NCBI GenBank assembly: GCA_964016885.1
Contig: CAXHJY010000096.1
Coordinates: 372,001-436,000, forward strand
DNA length: 64,000 nt
Reading direction: 5' to 3'
From: Eledone cirrhosa
Lineage: Eukaryota
The position numbers and the translations under genes were made by a program. Position 1 is the first letter of the stretch. Every line of letters begins with the position of its first letter. Shown here in pieces: positions 12,401 through 26,300 of the stretch. The notes under the pieces were generated by a model. It worked only from the letters and a program-made list of their open reading frames with translations. It was not told where the DNA came from and did no database searches.

Positions 12401-13731
12401 AGAGGAGATAATTTCCAGCCAAGGGGAGATAATTTCCAGCCGTCCAAGGGAAGATAATATTTAAAAAAATCAGGCGGAGATAATTTGTAAAAAAAATCAG
12501 GGGGAGATAATTTGTAAAAAAATCAGGGGGAGATAATTTGTAAAAGAAAAATCAGGGGGAGATAATTTGTAAAAAAAATCAGGGGGAGATAATTTGTAAA
12601 AAAAATCAGGGGTAGATAATTTGTAAAAAAAAATCAGGGGGAGATAATTTGTAAAAAAAAATCAGGGGGAGATAATTTGTAAAAAAAATCAGGGGGAGAT
12701 AATTTGTAAAAAAAAATCAGGGGGAGATAATTTGTAAAAAAAATCAAGGGGAGATAATTTGCAGCCGAAATCAAGGGGAGATAATTTGCAGCCGTCCAAG
12801 GGGAGATAATTTTCAGCCGTCCAAGGAGAGATAATTTCTAGCCGTCCAAGGGGAGATAATTTCCAGCCGTCCAAGGGGAGATAATTTCCAGCCGTCCAAG
12901 GGGAGATAATTTTTTTAAAAAAATCAGGCGGAGATAATTTGTATAAAAAAAATCAGGGGGAGATAATTTGTAAAAAAAAATCAGGGGGAGATAATTTGTA
13001 AAAAAAAATCAGGGGGAGATAATTTGTAAAAAAAATCAAGGGGAGATAATTTCCAGCCGTCCAAGGGAGGATAATTTCCAGCCGTCCAAGGGAAGATAAT
13101 TTCCAGCCCTCCAAGGGGCTATAATTTCCAGCGTCCAAGGGGAGATAATTTTTTTTTTAAAAATCAGGGGGAGATAATTTGTAAAAAAAATCAGGGGGAG
13201 ATAATTTGTAAAAAAAATCAAGGGGAGATAATTTCCAGCCGTCCAAAGAGAGATAATTTCTAGCCGTCCAAGGGGAGATAATTTCCAGCCAAGGGGAGAT
13301 AATTTCCAGCCGTCCAAGGGGAGATAATTTTTAAAAAAATCAGGTGGAGATAATTTGTAAAAATAATCAGGGGAAGATAATTTGTAAAAACAAAATCAAG
13401 GGCAGATAATTTCCAGCCGTCCAAGGGGAGATAATTTCCAGCAGTGCAAGGGGAGATAATTTCCAGCCGTCCAAGGGGAGATAATTTCCAACCTTCCAAG
13501 GGGAGATAATTTCCAGCCGTCCAAGGATAGATAATTTCCCGCCAGCCAAGGAGAGATAATATTTAAAAAAATCAGGCGGAGATAATTTGTAAAAAAAAAT
13601 CAGGGGTAGATAATTTGTAAAAAAAAAATCAGGGGGAGATAATTTGTATAAAAATCAAGGGGAGATAATTTCCAGCCGTCCAAGGGGAGATAATTTTCAG
13701 CCGTCCAAGAAGAGGTAATTTCTAGCCGTCC

Positions 13732-16700
13732 GGGGAGATAATTTTTAAAAAAAAATCAGGCGGAGATAATTTGTAAACAAAAATCAGGGGGAGATAATTT
13801 GTAAAAAGAAATCAGGGGGAGATAACTTGTAAAAAAAATCAGGGGGAGATAATTTGTAAAAAAAATCAAGGGGAGATAATTTCCAGCCGTCCAAGGGGAG
13901 GTAATATCTAGCCATCCAAGGGGAGATAATTTCCAGCCGTCCAAGGGGAGATAATTTCCAGCCGTCCAAGGGGAGATAATTTCCAGCCGTCCAAGGAGAC
14001 ATATTTTCCAGCCGTCCAAGGAGAGGTAATTTCTAGCCGTCCAAGGGGAGATAAATTCCAGCCTCCAAGGGGAGATAATTTCCAGCCAGCCAAGGGGAGA
14101 TAATTTGTAAAAAAATCAGGGGGAGATAATTTGTAAAAAAAATCAGGGGGAGATAATTTGTAAAAAAAAATCAGGGGGAGATAATTTGTAAAAAAAAATC
14201 AGGGGGAGATAATTTGTAAAAAAAATCAAGGGGAGATAATTTCCAGACGTCCAAGGGGAGATAATTTTCAGCCGTCCAAGGAGAGGTAATTTCTAGCCGT
14301 CCAAGGAGAGATAATTTCCAGCCGTCCAAGGGGAGATAATTTCCAGCCGTCCAAGGGGAGATAATTTTTTTAAAAAAATCAGGCGGAGATAAGTTGTAAA
14401 AAAAAATCAGGGGGAGATAATTTGTAAAAAAAAATCAGGGGGAGATAATTTGTAAAAAAAAATCAGGGGGAGATAATTTGTAAAAAAAATCAAGGGGAGA
14501 TAATTTCCAGCCGTCCAAGGGGAGATAATTTCTAGCCGTCCAAGGGGAGATAATTTTTAAAAAAAAATCAGGCGGAGATAAGTTGTAAAAAAAATCAGGG
14601 GGAGATAATTTGTAAAAAAAAATCAGGGGGAGATAATTTGTAAAAAAATCAAGGGGAGATAATTTCCAGCCGTCCAAGGGGAGATAATTTTCAGCCGTCC
14701 AAGGAGAGGTAATTTCTAGCCGTCCAAGGGGAGATAATTTCCAGCCGTCCAAGGGGAGATAATTTCCAGCCGTCTAAGGGGAGATAATATTTTTAAAAAA
14801 ATCAGGCGGAGATAATTTGTAAACAAAAATCAGGGGGAGATAATTTGTAAAAAAAAATCAGGGGGAGATAATTTGTAAAAAAAAATCAGGGGGAGATAAT
14901 TTGTAAAAAAAATCAAGGGGAGATAATTTCCAGCCGTCCAAGGGGAGGTAATATCTAGCCATCCAAGGGGAGATAATTTCCAGCCGTCCAAGGGGAGATA
15001 ATTTCCAGCCGTCCAAGGGGAGATAATTTCCAGCCGTCCAAGGAGACATATTTTCCAGCCGTCCAAGGAGAGGTAATTTCTAGCCGTCCAAGGGGAGATA
15101 AATTCCAGCCTCCAAGGGGAGATAATTTCCAGCCAGCCAAGGGGAGATAATTTGTAAAAAAAATCAGGGGGAGATAATTTGTAAAAAAAAATCAGGGGGA
15201 GATAATTTGTAAAAAAAAATCAGGGGGAGATAATTTGTAAAAAAAATCAGGGGGAGATAATTTGTAAAAAAAATCAAGGGGAGTTAATTTCCAGCCGTCC
15301 AAGGGGAGATAATTTTCATCCGTCCAAGGATAGGTAATTTCTAGCCGTCCAAGGAGAGATAATTTCCAGCCGTCCAAGGGGAGATAATTTCCAGCCGTCC
15401 AAGGGGAGATAATTTTTTTAAAAAAATCAGGCGGAGATAAGTTGTAAAAAAAAATCAGGGGGAGATAATTTGTAAAACAAAATCAGGGGGAGATAATTTG
15501 TAAAAAAAAATCAGGGGGAGATAATTTGTAAAAAAAATCAAGAGAAGATAATTTCCAGCCGTCCAAGGGAAGATAATTTCCAGCCCTCCAAGGGGCTATA
15601 ATTTCCAGCGTCCAAGGGGAGATAATTTCCAGCCAGCGAAGGGGAGATAATTTTTTTAAAAAAATCACTGGGAGATTTGTAAAAAAAATCAGGGGGAGAT
15701 AATTTGTAAAAAAAATCAAGGGGAGATAATTTCCAGCCGTCCAAAGAGAGATAATTTCTAGCCGTCCAAGGGGAGATAATTTCCAGCCAAGGGGAGATAA
15801 TTTCCAGCCGTCCAAGGGAAGATAATATTTAAAAAAATCAGGCGGAGATAATTTGTAAAAAAAATCAGGGGGAGATAATTTGTAAAAAAATCAGGGGGAG
15901 ATAATTTGTAAAAGAAAAATCAGGGGGAGATAATTTGTAAAAAAAATCAGGGGGAGATAATTTGTAAAAAAATCAGGGGTAGATAATTTGTAAAAAAAAA
16001 TCAGGGGGAGATAATTTGTAAAAAAAAATCAGGGGGAGATAATTTGTAAAAAAAATCAGGGGGAGATAATTTGTAAAAAAAAATCAGGGGGAGATAATTT
16101 GTAAAAAAAATCAAGGGGAGATAATTTGCAGCCGTCCAAGGGGAGATAATTTTCAGCCGTCCAAGGAGAGATAATTTCTAGCCGTCCAAGGGGAGATAAT
16201 TTCCAGCCGTCCAAGGGGAGATAATTTCCATCCTTCCAAGGGGAGATAATTTCCCGCCAGCCAAGGAGAGATAATATTTAAAAAAATCAGGCGTAGATAA
16301 TTTGTAAAAAAAATCAGGGGGAGATAATTTGTAAAAAAAAAATCAGGGGGAGATAATTTGTAAAAAAAATCAAGGGGAGATAATTTGCAGCCGTCCAAGG
16401 GGAGATAATTTTCAGCCGTCCAAGGAGAGATAATTTCCAGCCGTCCAAGGGGAGATAATTTTCAGCCGTCCAAGGAGAGGTAATTTCCAGCCGTCCAAGG
16501 GGAGATAATTTCCAGCCGTCCAAGGAGACATATTTTCCAGCCGTCCAAGGAGAGGTAATTTCTAGCCGTCCAAGGGGAGATAAATTCCAGCCTCCAAGGG
16601 GAGATAATTTCCAGCCAGCCAAGGGGAGATAATTTGTAAAAAAATCAGGGGGAGATAGTTTGTAAAAAAAATCAGGGGGAGATAATTTGTAAAAAAAAAT

Positions 16701-19700
16701 CAGGTGGAGATTTGTAAAAAAAATCAGAGGGAGATAATTTGTAAAAAAAATCAAAGAGAGATAATTTCCAGCCATCCAAAGAGAGATAATTTCTAGCCGT
16801 CCAAGGGGAGATAATTTCCAGCCAAGGGGAGATAATTTCCAGCCGTGCAAGGGGAGATAATTTCCAGCCGTCCAAGGGGAGATAATTTCCATCCTTCCAA
16901 GGGGAGATAATTTCGAGCCGTCCAAGGGGAGATAATTTCCCGCCAGCCAAGGGAAGATAATTTTTAAAAAAATCAGGCGGAGATTGTAAAAAAAATCAGG
17001 GGGAGATAATTTGTAAAAAAATCAGGGGGAGATAATTTGTAAAAAAAAAATCAGGGGGAGATAATTTGTAAAAAAAAATCAGGGGGAGATAATTTGTAAA
17101 AAAAAATCAGGGGAGATAATTTGCAAAAAAAATCAGGGGGAGATAATTTGTAAAAAAAAATCAGGGGGAGATAATTTGTAAAAAAAATCAGGGGGAGATA
17201 ATTTGTAGCCGTCCAAGGGGAGATAATTTCCCGCCAGCCAAGGAGAGATAATATTTAAAAAAATCAGGCGGAGATAATTTGTAAAAAAAATCAGGGGGAG
17301 ATAATTTGTAAAAAAAATCAGGGGGAGATAATTTGTAAAAAAAATCAGGGGGAGATAATTTGTAAAAAAAATCAGGGGGAGATAATTTGTAAAAAAAAAT
17401 CAGGGTGAGATAATTTGTAAAAAAATCAAGGGGAGATAATTTCCAGCCGTCCAAGGGGAGATAATTTTCAGCCGTCCAAGGAGAGGTAATTTCTAGCCGT
17501 CCAAGGGGAGATAATTTCCAGCCGTCCAAGGGGAGATAATTTCCAGCCGTCCAAGTGGAGATAATTTCCAGCCGTCCAAGGAGACATATTTTCCAGCCGT
17601 CCAAGGAGAGGTAATTTCTAGCCGTCCAAGGGGAGATAAATTCATGCCTCCAAGGGGAGATAATTTCCAGCCAGCCAAGGGGAGATAATTTGTAAAAAAA
17701 TCAGGGGGAGATAATTTGTAAAAAAAATCAGGGGGAGATAATTTGTAAAAAAAAATCAGGGGGAGATAATTTGTAAAAAAAAATCAGGGGAGATAATTTG
17801 TAAAAAAAATCAGGGGGAGATAATTTGTAAAAAAAATCAAGGGGAGATAATTTCCAGCCGTCCAAGGGGAGATAATTTTCAATTGTCCAAGGAGAGGTAA
17901 TTTCTAGCCGTCCAAGGAGAGATAATTTCCAGCCGTCCAAGGGGAGATAATTTCCAGCCGTCCAAGGGGAGATGATTTTTTTAAAAAAATCAGGCGGAGA
18001 TAAGTTGTAAAAAAAAATCAGGGGGAGATAATTTGTAAAAAAAAATCAGGGGGAGATAATTTGTAAAAAAAAATCAGGGGGAGATAATTTGTAAAAAAAA
18101 TCAAGGGGAGATAATTTCCAGCCGTCCAAGGGAAGATAATTTCCAGCCCTCCAAGGGGCTATAATTTCCAGCGTCCAAGGGGAGATAATTTCCAGCCAGC
18201 GAAGGGGAGATAATTTTTTTAAAAAATCACTGGGATATTTGTAAAAAAAATCAGGGGGAGATAATTTGTAAAAAAAATCAAGGGGAGATAATTTCCAGCC
18301 GTCCAAAGAGAGATAATTTCTAGCCATCCAAGGGGAGATAATTTCCAGCCTTCCAAGGGGAGATAATTTTTTAAAAAATCAGGTGGAGATAATTTGTAAA
18401 AAAAATCAGTGGAAGATAATTTGTAAAAAGAAAATCAAGGGCAGATAATTTCCAGCCGTCCAAGGGGAGATAATTTCCCGCCAGCCAAGGGAAGATAATA
18501 TTTAAAAAAATCAGGCGGAGATAATTTGTAAAAAAAATCAGGGGGAGATAATTTGTAAAAAAATCAGGGGGAGATAATTTGTAAAAGAAAAATCAGGGGG
18601 AGATAATTTGTAAAAAGAAAATCAAGGGGAGATAATTTCCAGCCGTCCAAGGGGAGATAATTTCCCGCCAGCCAAGGAGAGATATTTAAAAAAATCAGGC
18701 GGAGATAATTTGTAAAAAAAATCAGGGGGAGATAATTTGTAAAAAAAATCAGGGGGAGATAATTTGTAAAAAAAATCAGGGGGAGATAATTTGTAAAAAA
18801 AATCAAGGGGAGATAATTTCCAGCCGTCCAAGGGGAGATAATTTTCAGCCGTCCAAGGAGAGGTAATTTCTAGCCGTCCAAGGGGAGATAATTTCCAGCC
18901 GTCCAAGGGGAGATAATTTCCAGCCGTCCAACGGGAGATAATTTTTTAAAAAAAATCAGGCGGAGATAATTTGTAAACAAAAATCAGGGGGAGATAATTT
19001 GTAAAAAAAAATCAGGGGGAGATAATTTGTAAAAAAAAATCAGGGGGAGATAATTTGTAAAAAAAATCAAGGGGAGATAATTTCCAGCCGTCCAAGGGGA
19101 GGTAATATCTAGCCATCCAAGGGGAGATAATTTCCAGCCGTCCAAGGGGAGATAATTTCCAGCCGTCCAAGGGGAGATAACTTCCAGCCGTCCAAGGAGA
19201 CATATTTTCCAGCCGTCCAAGGAGAGGTAATTTCTAGCCGTCCAAGGGGAGATAAATTCCAGCCTCCAAGGGGAGATAATTTCCAGCCAACCAAGGGGAG
19301 ATAATTTGTAAAAAAATCAGGGGGAGATAATTTGTAAAAAAATCAGGGGGAGATAATTTGTAAAAAAAAATCAGGGGGAGATAATTTGTAAAAAAAAATC
19401 AGAGGGAGATAATTTGTAAAAAAAATCAGGGGGAGATAATTTGTAAAAAAAATCAAGGGGAGTTAATTTCCAGCCGTCCAAGGGGAGATAATTTTCATCC
19501 GTCCAAGGATTGGTAATTTCTAGCCGTCCAAGGAGAGATAATTTCCAGCCGTCCAAGGGGAGATAATTTCCAGCCGTCCAAGGGGAGATAATTTTTTTAA
19601 AAAAATCAGGCGGAGATAAGTTGTAAAAAAAAATCAGGGGGAGATAATTTGTAAAAAAAAATCAGGGGGAGATAATTTGTAAAAAAAAATCAGGGGGAGA

Positions 19701-22700
19701 TAATTTGTAAAAAAAATCAAGAGAAGATAATTTCCAGCCGTCCAAGGGAAGATAATTTCCAGCCCTCCAAGGGGCTATAATTTCCAGCGTCCAAGGGGAG
19801 ATAATTTCCAGCCAGCGAAGGGGAGATAATTTTTAAAAAAAAATCACTGGGAGATTTGTAAAAAAAATCAGGGGGAGATAATTTGTAAAAAAAATCAAGG
19901 GGAGATAATTTCCAGCCGTCCAAAGAGAGATAATTTCTAGCCGTCCAAGGGGAGATAATTTCCAGCCAAGGGGAGATAATTTCCAGCCGTCCAAGGGAAG
20001 ATAATATTTAAAAAAATCAGGCGGAGATAATTTGTAAAAAAAATCAGGGGGAGATAATTTGTAAAAAAATCAGGGGGAGATAATTTGTAAAAGAAAAATC
20101 AGGGGGAGATAATTTGTAAAAAAAATCAGGGGGAGATAATTTGTAAAAAAAATCAGGGGTAGATAATTTGTAAAAAAAAATCAGGGGGAGATAATTTGTA
20201 AAAAAAAATCAGGGGGAGATAATTTGTAAAAAAAATCAGGGAGAGATAATTTGTAAAAAAAAATCAGGGGGAGATAATTTGTAAAAAAAATCAAGGGGAG
20301 ATAATTTGCAGCCGTCCAAGGGGAGATAATTTTCAGCCGTCCAAGGAGAGATAATTTCTAGCCGTCCAAGGGGAGATAATTTCCAGCCGTCCAAGGGGAG
20401 ATAATTTCCAGCCGTCCAAGGGGAGATAATTTTTTTAAAAAAATCAGGCGGAGATAATTTGTATAAAAAAAATCAGGGGGAGATAATTTGTAAAAAAAAA
20501 TCAGGGGGAGATAATTTGCAAAAAAAAATCAGGGGGAGATAATTTGTAAAAAAAATCAAGGGGAGATAATTTCCAGCCGTCCAAGGGAAGATAATTTCCA
20601 GCCGTCCAAGGGAAGATAATTTCCAGGCCTCCAAGGGGCTATAATTTCCAGCGTCCAAGGGGAGATAATTTTTTTTTTAAAAATCAGGGGGAGATAATTT
20701 GTAAAAAAAATCAGGGGGAGATAATTTGTAAAAAAAATCAAGGGGAGATAATTTCCAGCCAAGGGGAGATAATTTCCAGCCGTCCAAGGGGAGATAATTT
20801 TTAAAAAAATCAGATGGAGATAATTTGTAAAAATAATCAGGGGAAGATAATTTGTAAAAACAAAATCAAGGGCAGATAATTTCCAGCCGTCCAAGGGGAG
20901 ATAATTTCCAGCAGTGCAAGGGGAGATAATTTCCAGCCGTCCAAGGGGAGATAATTTCCAACCTTCCAAGGGGAGATAATTTCCAGCCGTCCAAGGATAG
21001 ATAATTTCGCGCCAGCCAAGGAGAGATAATATTTAAAAAAATCAGGCGGAGATAATTTTTAAAAAAAATCAGGGGGAGATAATTTGTAAAAAAAATCAGG
21101 GGGAGATAATTTGTAAAAAAAAATCAGGGGTAGATAATTTGTAAAAAAAATCAGGGGGAGATAATTTGTAAAAAAAAAATCAGGGGGAGATAATTTGTAA
21201 AAAAATCAAGGGGAGATAATTTCCAGCCGTCCAAGGGGAGATAATTTTCAGCCGTCCAAGGAGAGGTAATTTCTAGCCGTCCAAGGGGAGATAATTTCCA
21301 GCCGTCCAAGGGGAGATAATTTTTTTAAAAAAATCAGGCGGAGATAATTTGTAAACAAAAATCAGGGGGAGATAATTTGTAAAAAGAAATCAGGGGGAGA
21401 TAACTTGTAAAAAAAATCAGGGGGAGATAATTTGTAAAAAAAATCAAGGGGAGATAATTTCCAGCCGTCCAAGGGGAGGTAATATCTAGCCATCCAAGGG
21501 GAGATAATTTCCAGCCGTCCAAGGGGAGATAATTTCCAGCCGTCCAAGGGGAGATAATTTCCAGCCGTCCAAGGAGACATATTTTCCAGCCGTCCAAGGA
21601 GAGGTAATTTCTAGCCGTCCAAGGGGAGATAAATTCCAGCCTCCAAGGGGAGATAATTTCCAGCCAGCCAAGGGGAGATAATTTGTAAAAAAATCAGGGG
21701 GAGATAATTTGTAAAAAAAAATCAGGGGGAGATAATTTGTAAAAAAAATCAGGGGGAGATAATTTGTAAAAAAAAATCAGGGGGAGATAATTTGTAAAAA
21801 AAATCAAGGGGAGATAATTTCCAGACGTCCAAGGGGAGATAATTTTCAGTCGTCCAAGGAGAGGTAATTTCTAGCCGTCCAAGGAGAGATAATTTCCAGC
21901 CGTCCAAGGGGAGATAATTTCCAGCCGTCCAAGGGGAGATAATTTTTTTAAAAAAATCAGGCGGAGATAAGTTGTAAAAAAAAATCAGGGGGAGATAATT
22001 TGTAAAAAAAAATCAGGGGGAGATAATTTGTAAAAAAAAATCAGGGGGAGATAATTTGTAAAAAAAATCAAGGGGAGATAATTTCCAGCCGTCCAAGGGA
22101 AGATAATTTCCAGCCGTCCAAGGGGAGATAATTTCTAGCCGTCCAAGGGGAGATAATTTTTTTAAAAAAATCAGGCGGAGATAAGTTGTAAAAAAAATCA
22201 GGGGGAGATAATTTGTAAAAAAAAATCAGGGGGAGATAATTTGTAAAAAAATCAAGGGGAGATAATTTCCAGCCGTCCAAGGGGAGATAATTTTCAGCCG
22301 TCCAAGGAGAGGTAATTTCTAGCCGTCCAAGGGGAGATAATTTCCAGCCGTCCAAGGGGAGATAATTTCCAGCCGTCTAAGGGGAGATAATTTTTTAAAA
22401 AAAATCAGGCGGAGATAATTTGTAAACAAAAATCAGGGGGAGATAATTTGTAAAAAAAAATCAGGGGGAGATAATTTGTAAAAAAAAATCAGGGGGAGAT
22501 AATTTGTAAAAAAAATTAAGGGGAGATAATTTCCAGCCGTCCAAGGGGAGGTAATATCTAGCCATCCAAGGGGAGATAATTTCCAGCCGTCCAAGGGGAG
22601 ATAATTTCCAGCCGTCCAAGGGGAGATAATTTCCAGCCGTCCAAGGAGACATATTTTCCAGCCGTCCAAGGAGAGGTAATTTCTAGCCGTCCAAGGGGAG

Positions 22701-23380
22701 ATAAATTCCAGCCTCCAAGGGGAGATAATTTCCAGCCAGCCAAGGGGAGATAATTTGTAAAAAAAATCAGGGGGAGATAATTTGTAAAAAAAAATCAGGG
22801 GGAGATAATTTGTAAAAAAAAATCAGGGTGAGATAATTTGTAAAAAAAATCAGGGGGAGATAATTTGTAAAAAAAATCAAGGGGAGTTAATTTCCAGCCG
22901 TCCAAGGGGAGATAATTTTCAGCCGTCCAAGGATAGGTAATTTCTAGCCGTCCAAGGAGAGATAATTTCCAGCCGTCCAAGGGGAGATAATTTCCAGCCG
23001 TCCAAGGGGAGATAATTTTTTTAAAAAAATCAGGCGGAGATAAGTTGTAAAAAAAAATCAGGGGGAGATAATTTGTAAAAAAAATCAGGGGGAGATAATT
23101 TGTAAAAAAAAATCAGGGGGAGATAATTTGTAAAAAAAATCAAGAGAAGATAATTTCCAGCCGTCCAAGGGAAGATAATTTCCAGCCCTCCAAGGGGCTA
23201 TAATTTCCAGCGTCCAAGGGGAGATAATTTCCAGCCGTCCAAGGGGAGATAATTTCCAGCCGTCCAAGGAGACATATTTTCCAGCCGTCCAAGGAGAGGT
23301 AATTTCTAGCCGTCCAAGGGGAGATAAATTCCTGCCTCCAAGGGGAGATAATTTCCAGCCAGCCAAGGGGAGATAATTTG
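13732..23380 (+). repeat. Higher-order duplication, copy 2 (offset 13,632, then 13,738 after a ~107-bp indel near 20.8 kb)
   Basis: Offsets are 13,632 up to 20473, then 13,738 (7596>21334, 8330>22068, 9347>23085). The extra block CAGATGG...GGGCAGAT at ~20790-20900 is absent near 7150. Confidence 0.88.
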
Positions 23381-26300
23381 TAAAAAAATCAGGCGGAGAT
23401 AATTTGTAAAAAAAATCAGGGGGAGATAATTTGTAAAAAAAAATCAGGGGGAGATAATTTGTAAAAAAAAATCAGGGGAGATAATTTGTAAAAAAAATCA
23501 GGGGGAGATAATTTGTAAAAAAAAATCAAGGGGAGATAATTTCCAGCCGTCCAAGGGGAGATAATTTTCAGCCGTCCAAGGAGAGGTAATTTCTAGCCGT
23601 CCAAGGAGAGATAATTTCCAGCCGTCCAAGGGGAGATAATTTCCAGCCGTCCAAGAGGAGATGATTTTTAAAAAAAAATCAGGCGGAGATAAGTTGTAAA
23701 AAAAAATCAGGGGGAGATAATTTGTAAAAAAAAATCAGGGGGAGATAATTTGTAAAAAAAAATCAGGGGGAGATAATTTGTAAAAAAAATCAAGGGGAGA
23801 TAATTTCCAGCCGTCCAAGGGGAGGTAATATCTAGCCATCCAAGGGGAGATAATTTCCAGCCGTCCAAGGGGAGATAATTTCCAGCCGTCCAAGGGGAGA
23901 TAATTTCCAGCCGTCCAAGGAGACATATTTTCCAGCCGTCCAAGGAGAGGTAATTTCTAGCCGTCCAAGGGGAGATAAATTCCAGCCTCCAAGGGGAGAT
24001 AATTTCCAGCCAGCCAAGGGGAGATAATTTGTAAAAAAAATCAGGGGGAGATAATTTGTAAAAAAAAATCAGGGGGAGATAATTTGTAAAAAAAAATCAG
24101 GGGGAGATAATTTGTAAAAAAAATCAGGGGGAGATAATTTGTAAAAAAAATCAAGGGGAGTTAATTTCCAGCCGTCCAAGGGGAGATAATTTTCATCCGT
24201 CCAAGGATAGGTAATTTCTAGCCGTCCAAGGAGAGATAATTTCCAGCCGTCCAAGGGGAGATAATTTCCAGCCGTCCAAGGGGAGATAATTTTTTTAAAA
24301 AAATCAGGCGGAGATAAGTTGTAAAAAAAAATCAGGGGGAGATAATTTGTAAAACAAAATCAGGGGGAGATAATTTGTAAAAAAAAATCAGGGGGAGATA
24401 ATTTGTAAAAAAAATCAAGAGAAGATAATTTCCAGCCGTCCAAGGGAAGATAATTTCCAGCCCTCCAAGGGGCTATAATTTCCAGCGTCCAAGGGGAGAT
24501 AATTTCCAGCCAGCGAAGGGGAGATAATTTTTTAAAAAAAATCACTGGGAGATTTGTAAAAAAAATCAGGGGGAGATAATTTGTAAAAAAAATCAAGGGG
24601 AGATAATTTCCAGCCGTCCAAAGAGAGATAATTTCTAGCCGTCCAAGGGGAGATAATTTCCAGCCAAGGGGAGATAATTTCCAGCCGTCCAAGGGAAGAT
24701 AATATTTAAAAAAATCAGGCGGAGATAATTTGTAAAAAAAATCAGGGGGAGATAATTTGTAAAAAAATCAGGGGGAGATAATTTGTAAAAGAAAAATCAG
24801 GGGGAGATAATTTGTAAAAAAAATCAGGGGGAGATAATTTGTAAAAAAATCAGGGGTAGATAATTTGTAAAAAAAAATCAGGGGGAGATAATTTGTAAAA
24901 AAAAATCAGGGGGAGATAATTTGTAAAAAAAATCAGGGGGAGATAATTTGTAAAAAAAAATCAGGGGGAGATAATTTGTAAAAAAAATCAATGGGAGATA
25001 ATTTGCAGCCGTCCAAGGGGAGATAATTTTCAGCCGTCCAAGGAGAGATAATTACTAGCCGTCCAAGGGGAGATAATTTCCAGCCGTCCAAGGGGAGATA
25101 ATTTCCATCCTTCCAAGGGGAGATAATTTCCCGCCAGCCAAGGAGAGATAATATTTAAAAAAATCAGGCGTAGATAATTTGTAAAAAAAATCAGGGGGAG
25201 ATAATTTGTAAAAAAAAAATCAGGGGGAGATAATTTGTAAAAAAATCAAGGGGAGATAATTTCCAGCCGTCCAAGGGGAGATAATTTTCAGCCGTCCAAG
25301 GAGAGGTAATTTCCAGCCGTCCAAGGGGAGATAATTTCCAGCCGTCCAAGGAGACATATTTTCCAGCCGTCCAAGGAGAGGTAATTTCTAGCCGTCCAAG
25401 GGGAGATAAATTCCAGCCTCCAAGGGGAGATAATTTCCAGCCAGCCAAGGGGAGATAATTTGTAAAAAAATCAGGGGGAGATAGTTTGTAAAAAAAATCA
25501 GGGGGAGATAATTTGTAAAAAAAAATCAGGGGGAGATTTGTAAAAAAAATCAGAGGGAGATAATTTGTAAAAAAAATCAAAGAGAGATAATTTCCAGCCA
25601 TCCAAAGAGAGATAATTTCTAGCCGTCCAAGGGGAGATAATTTCCAGCCAAGGGGAGATAATTTCCAGCCGTGCAAGGGGAGATAATTTCCAGCCGTCCA
25701 AGGGGAGATAATTTCCATCCTTCCAAGGGGAGATAATTTCCAGCCGTCCAAGGGGAGATAATTTCCCGCCAGCCAAGGGAAGATAATTTTTAAAAAAATC
25801 AGGCGGAGATTGTAAAAAAAAATCAGGGGGAGATAATTTGTAAAAAAATCAGGGGGAGATAATTTGTAAAAAAAAAATCAGGGGGAGATAATTTGTAAAA
25901 AAAAATCAGGGGGAGATAATTTGTAAAAAAAAATCAGGGGAGATAATTTGCAAAAAAAATCAGGGGGAGATAATTTGTAAAAAAAAATCAGGGGGAGATA
26001 ATTTGTAAAAAAAATCAAGCGGAGATAATTTGCAGCCGTCCAAGGGGAGATAATTTCCCGCCAGCCAAGGAGAGATAATATTTAAAAAAATCAGGCGGAG
26101 ATAATTTGTAAAAAAAATCAGGGGGAGATAATTTGTAAAAAAAATCAGGGGGAGATAATTTGTAAAAAAAATCAGGGGGAGATAATTTGTAAAAAAAATC
26201 AGGGGGAGATAATTTGTAAAAAAAATCAGGGGGAGATAATTTGTAAAAAAAAATCAGGGTGAGATAATTTGTAAAAAAATCAAGGTGAGATAATTTCCAG

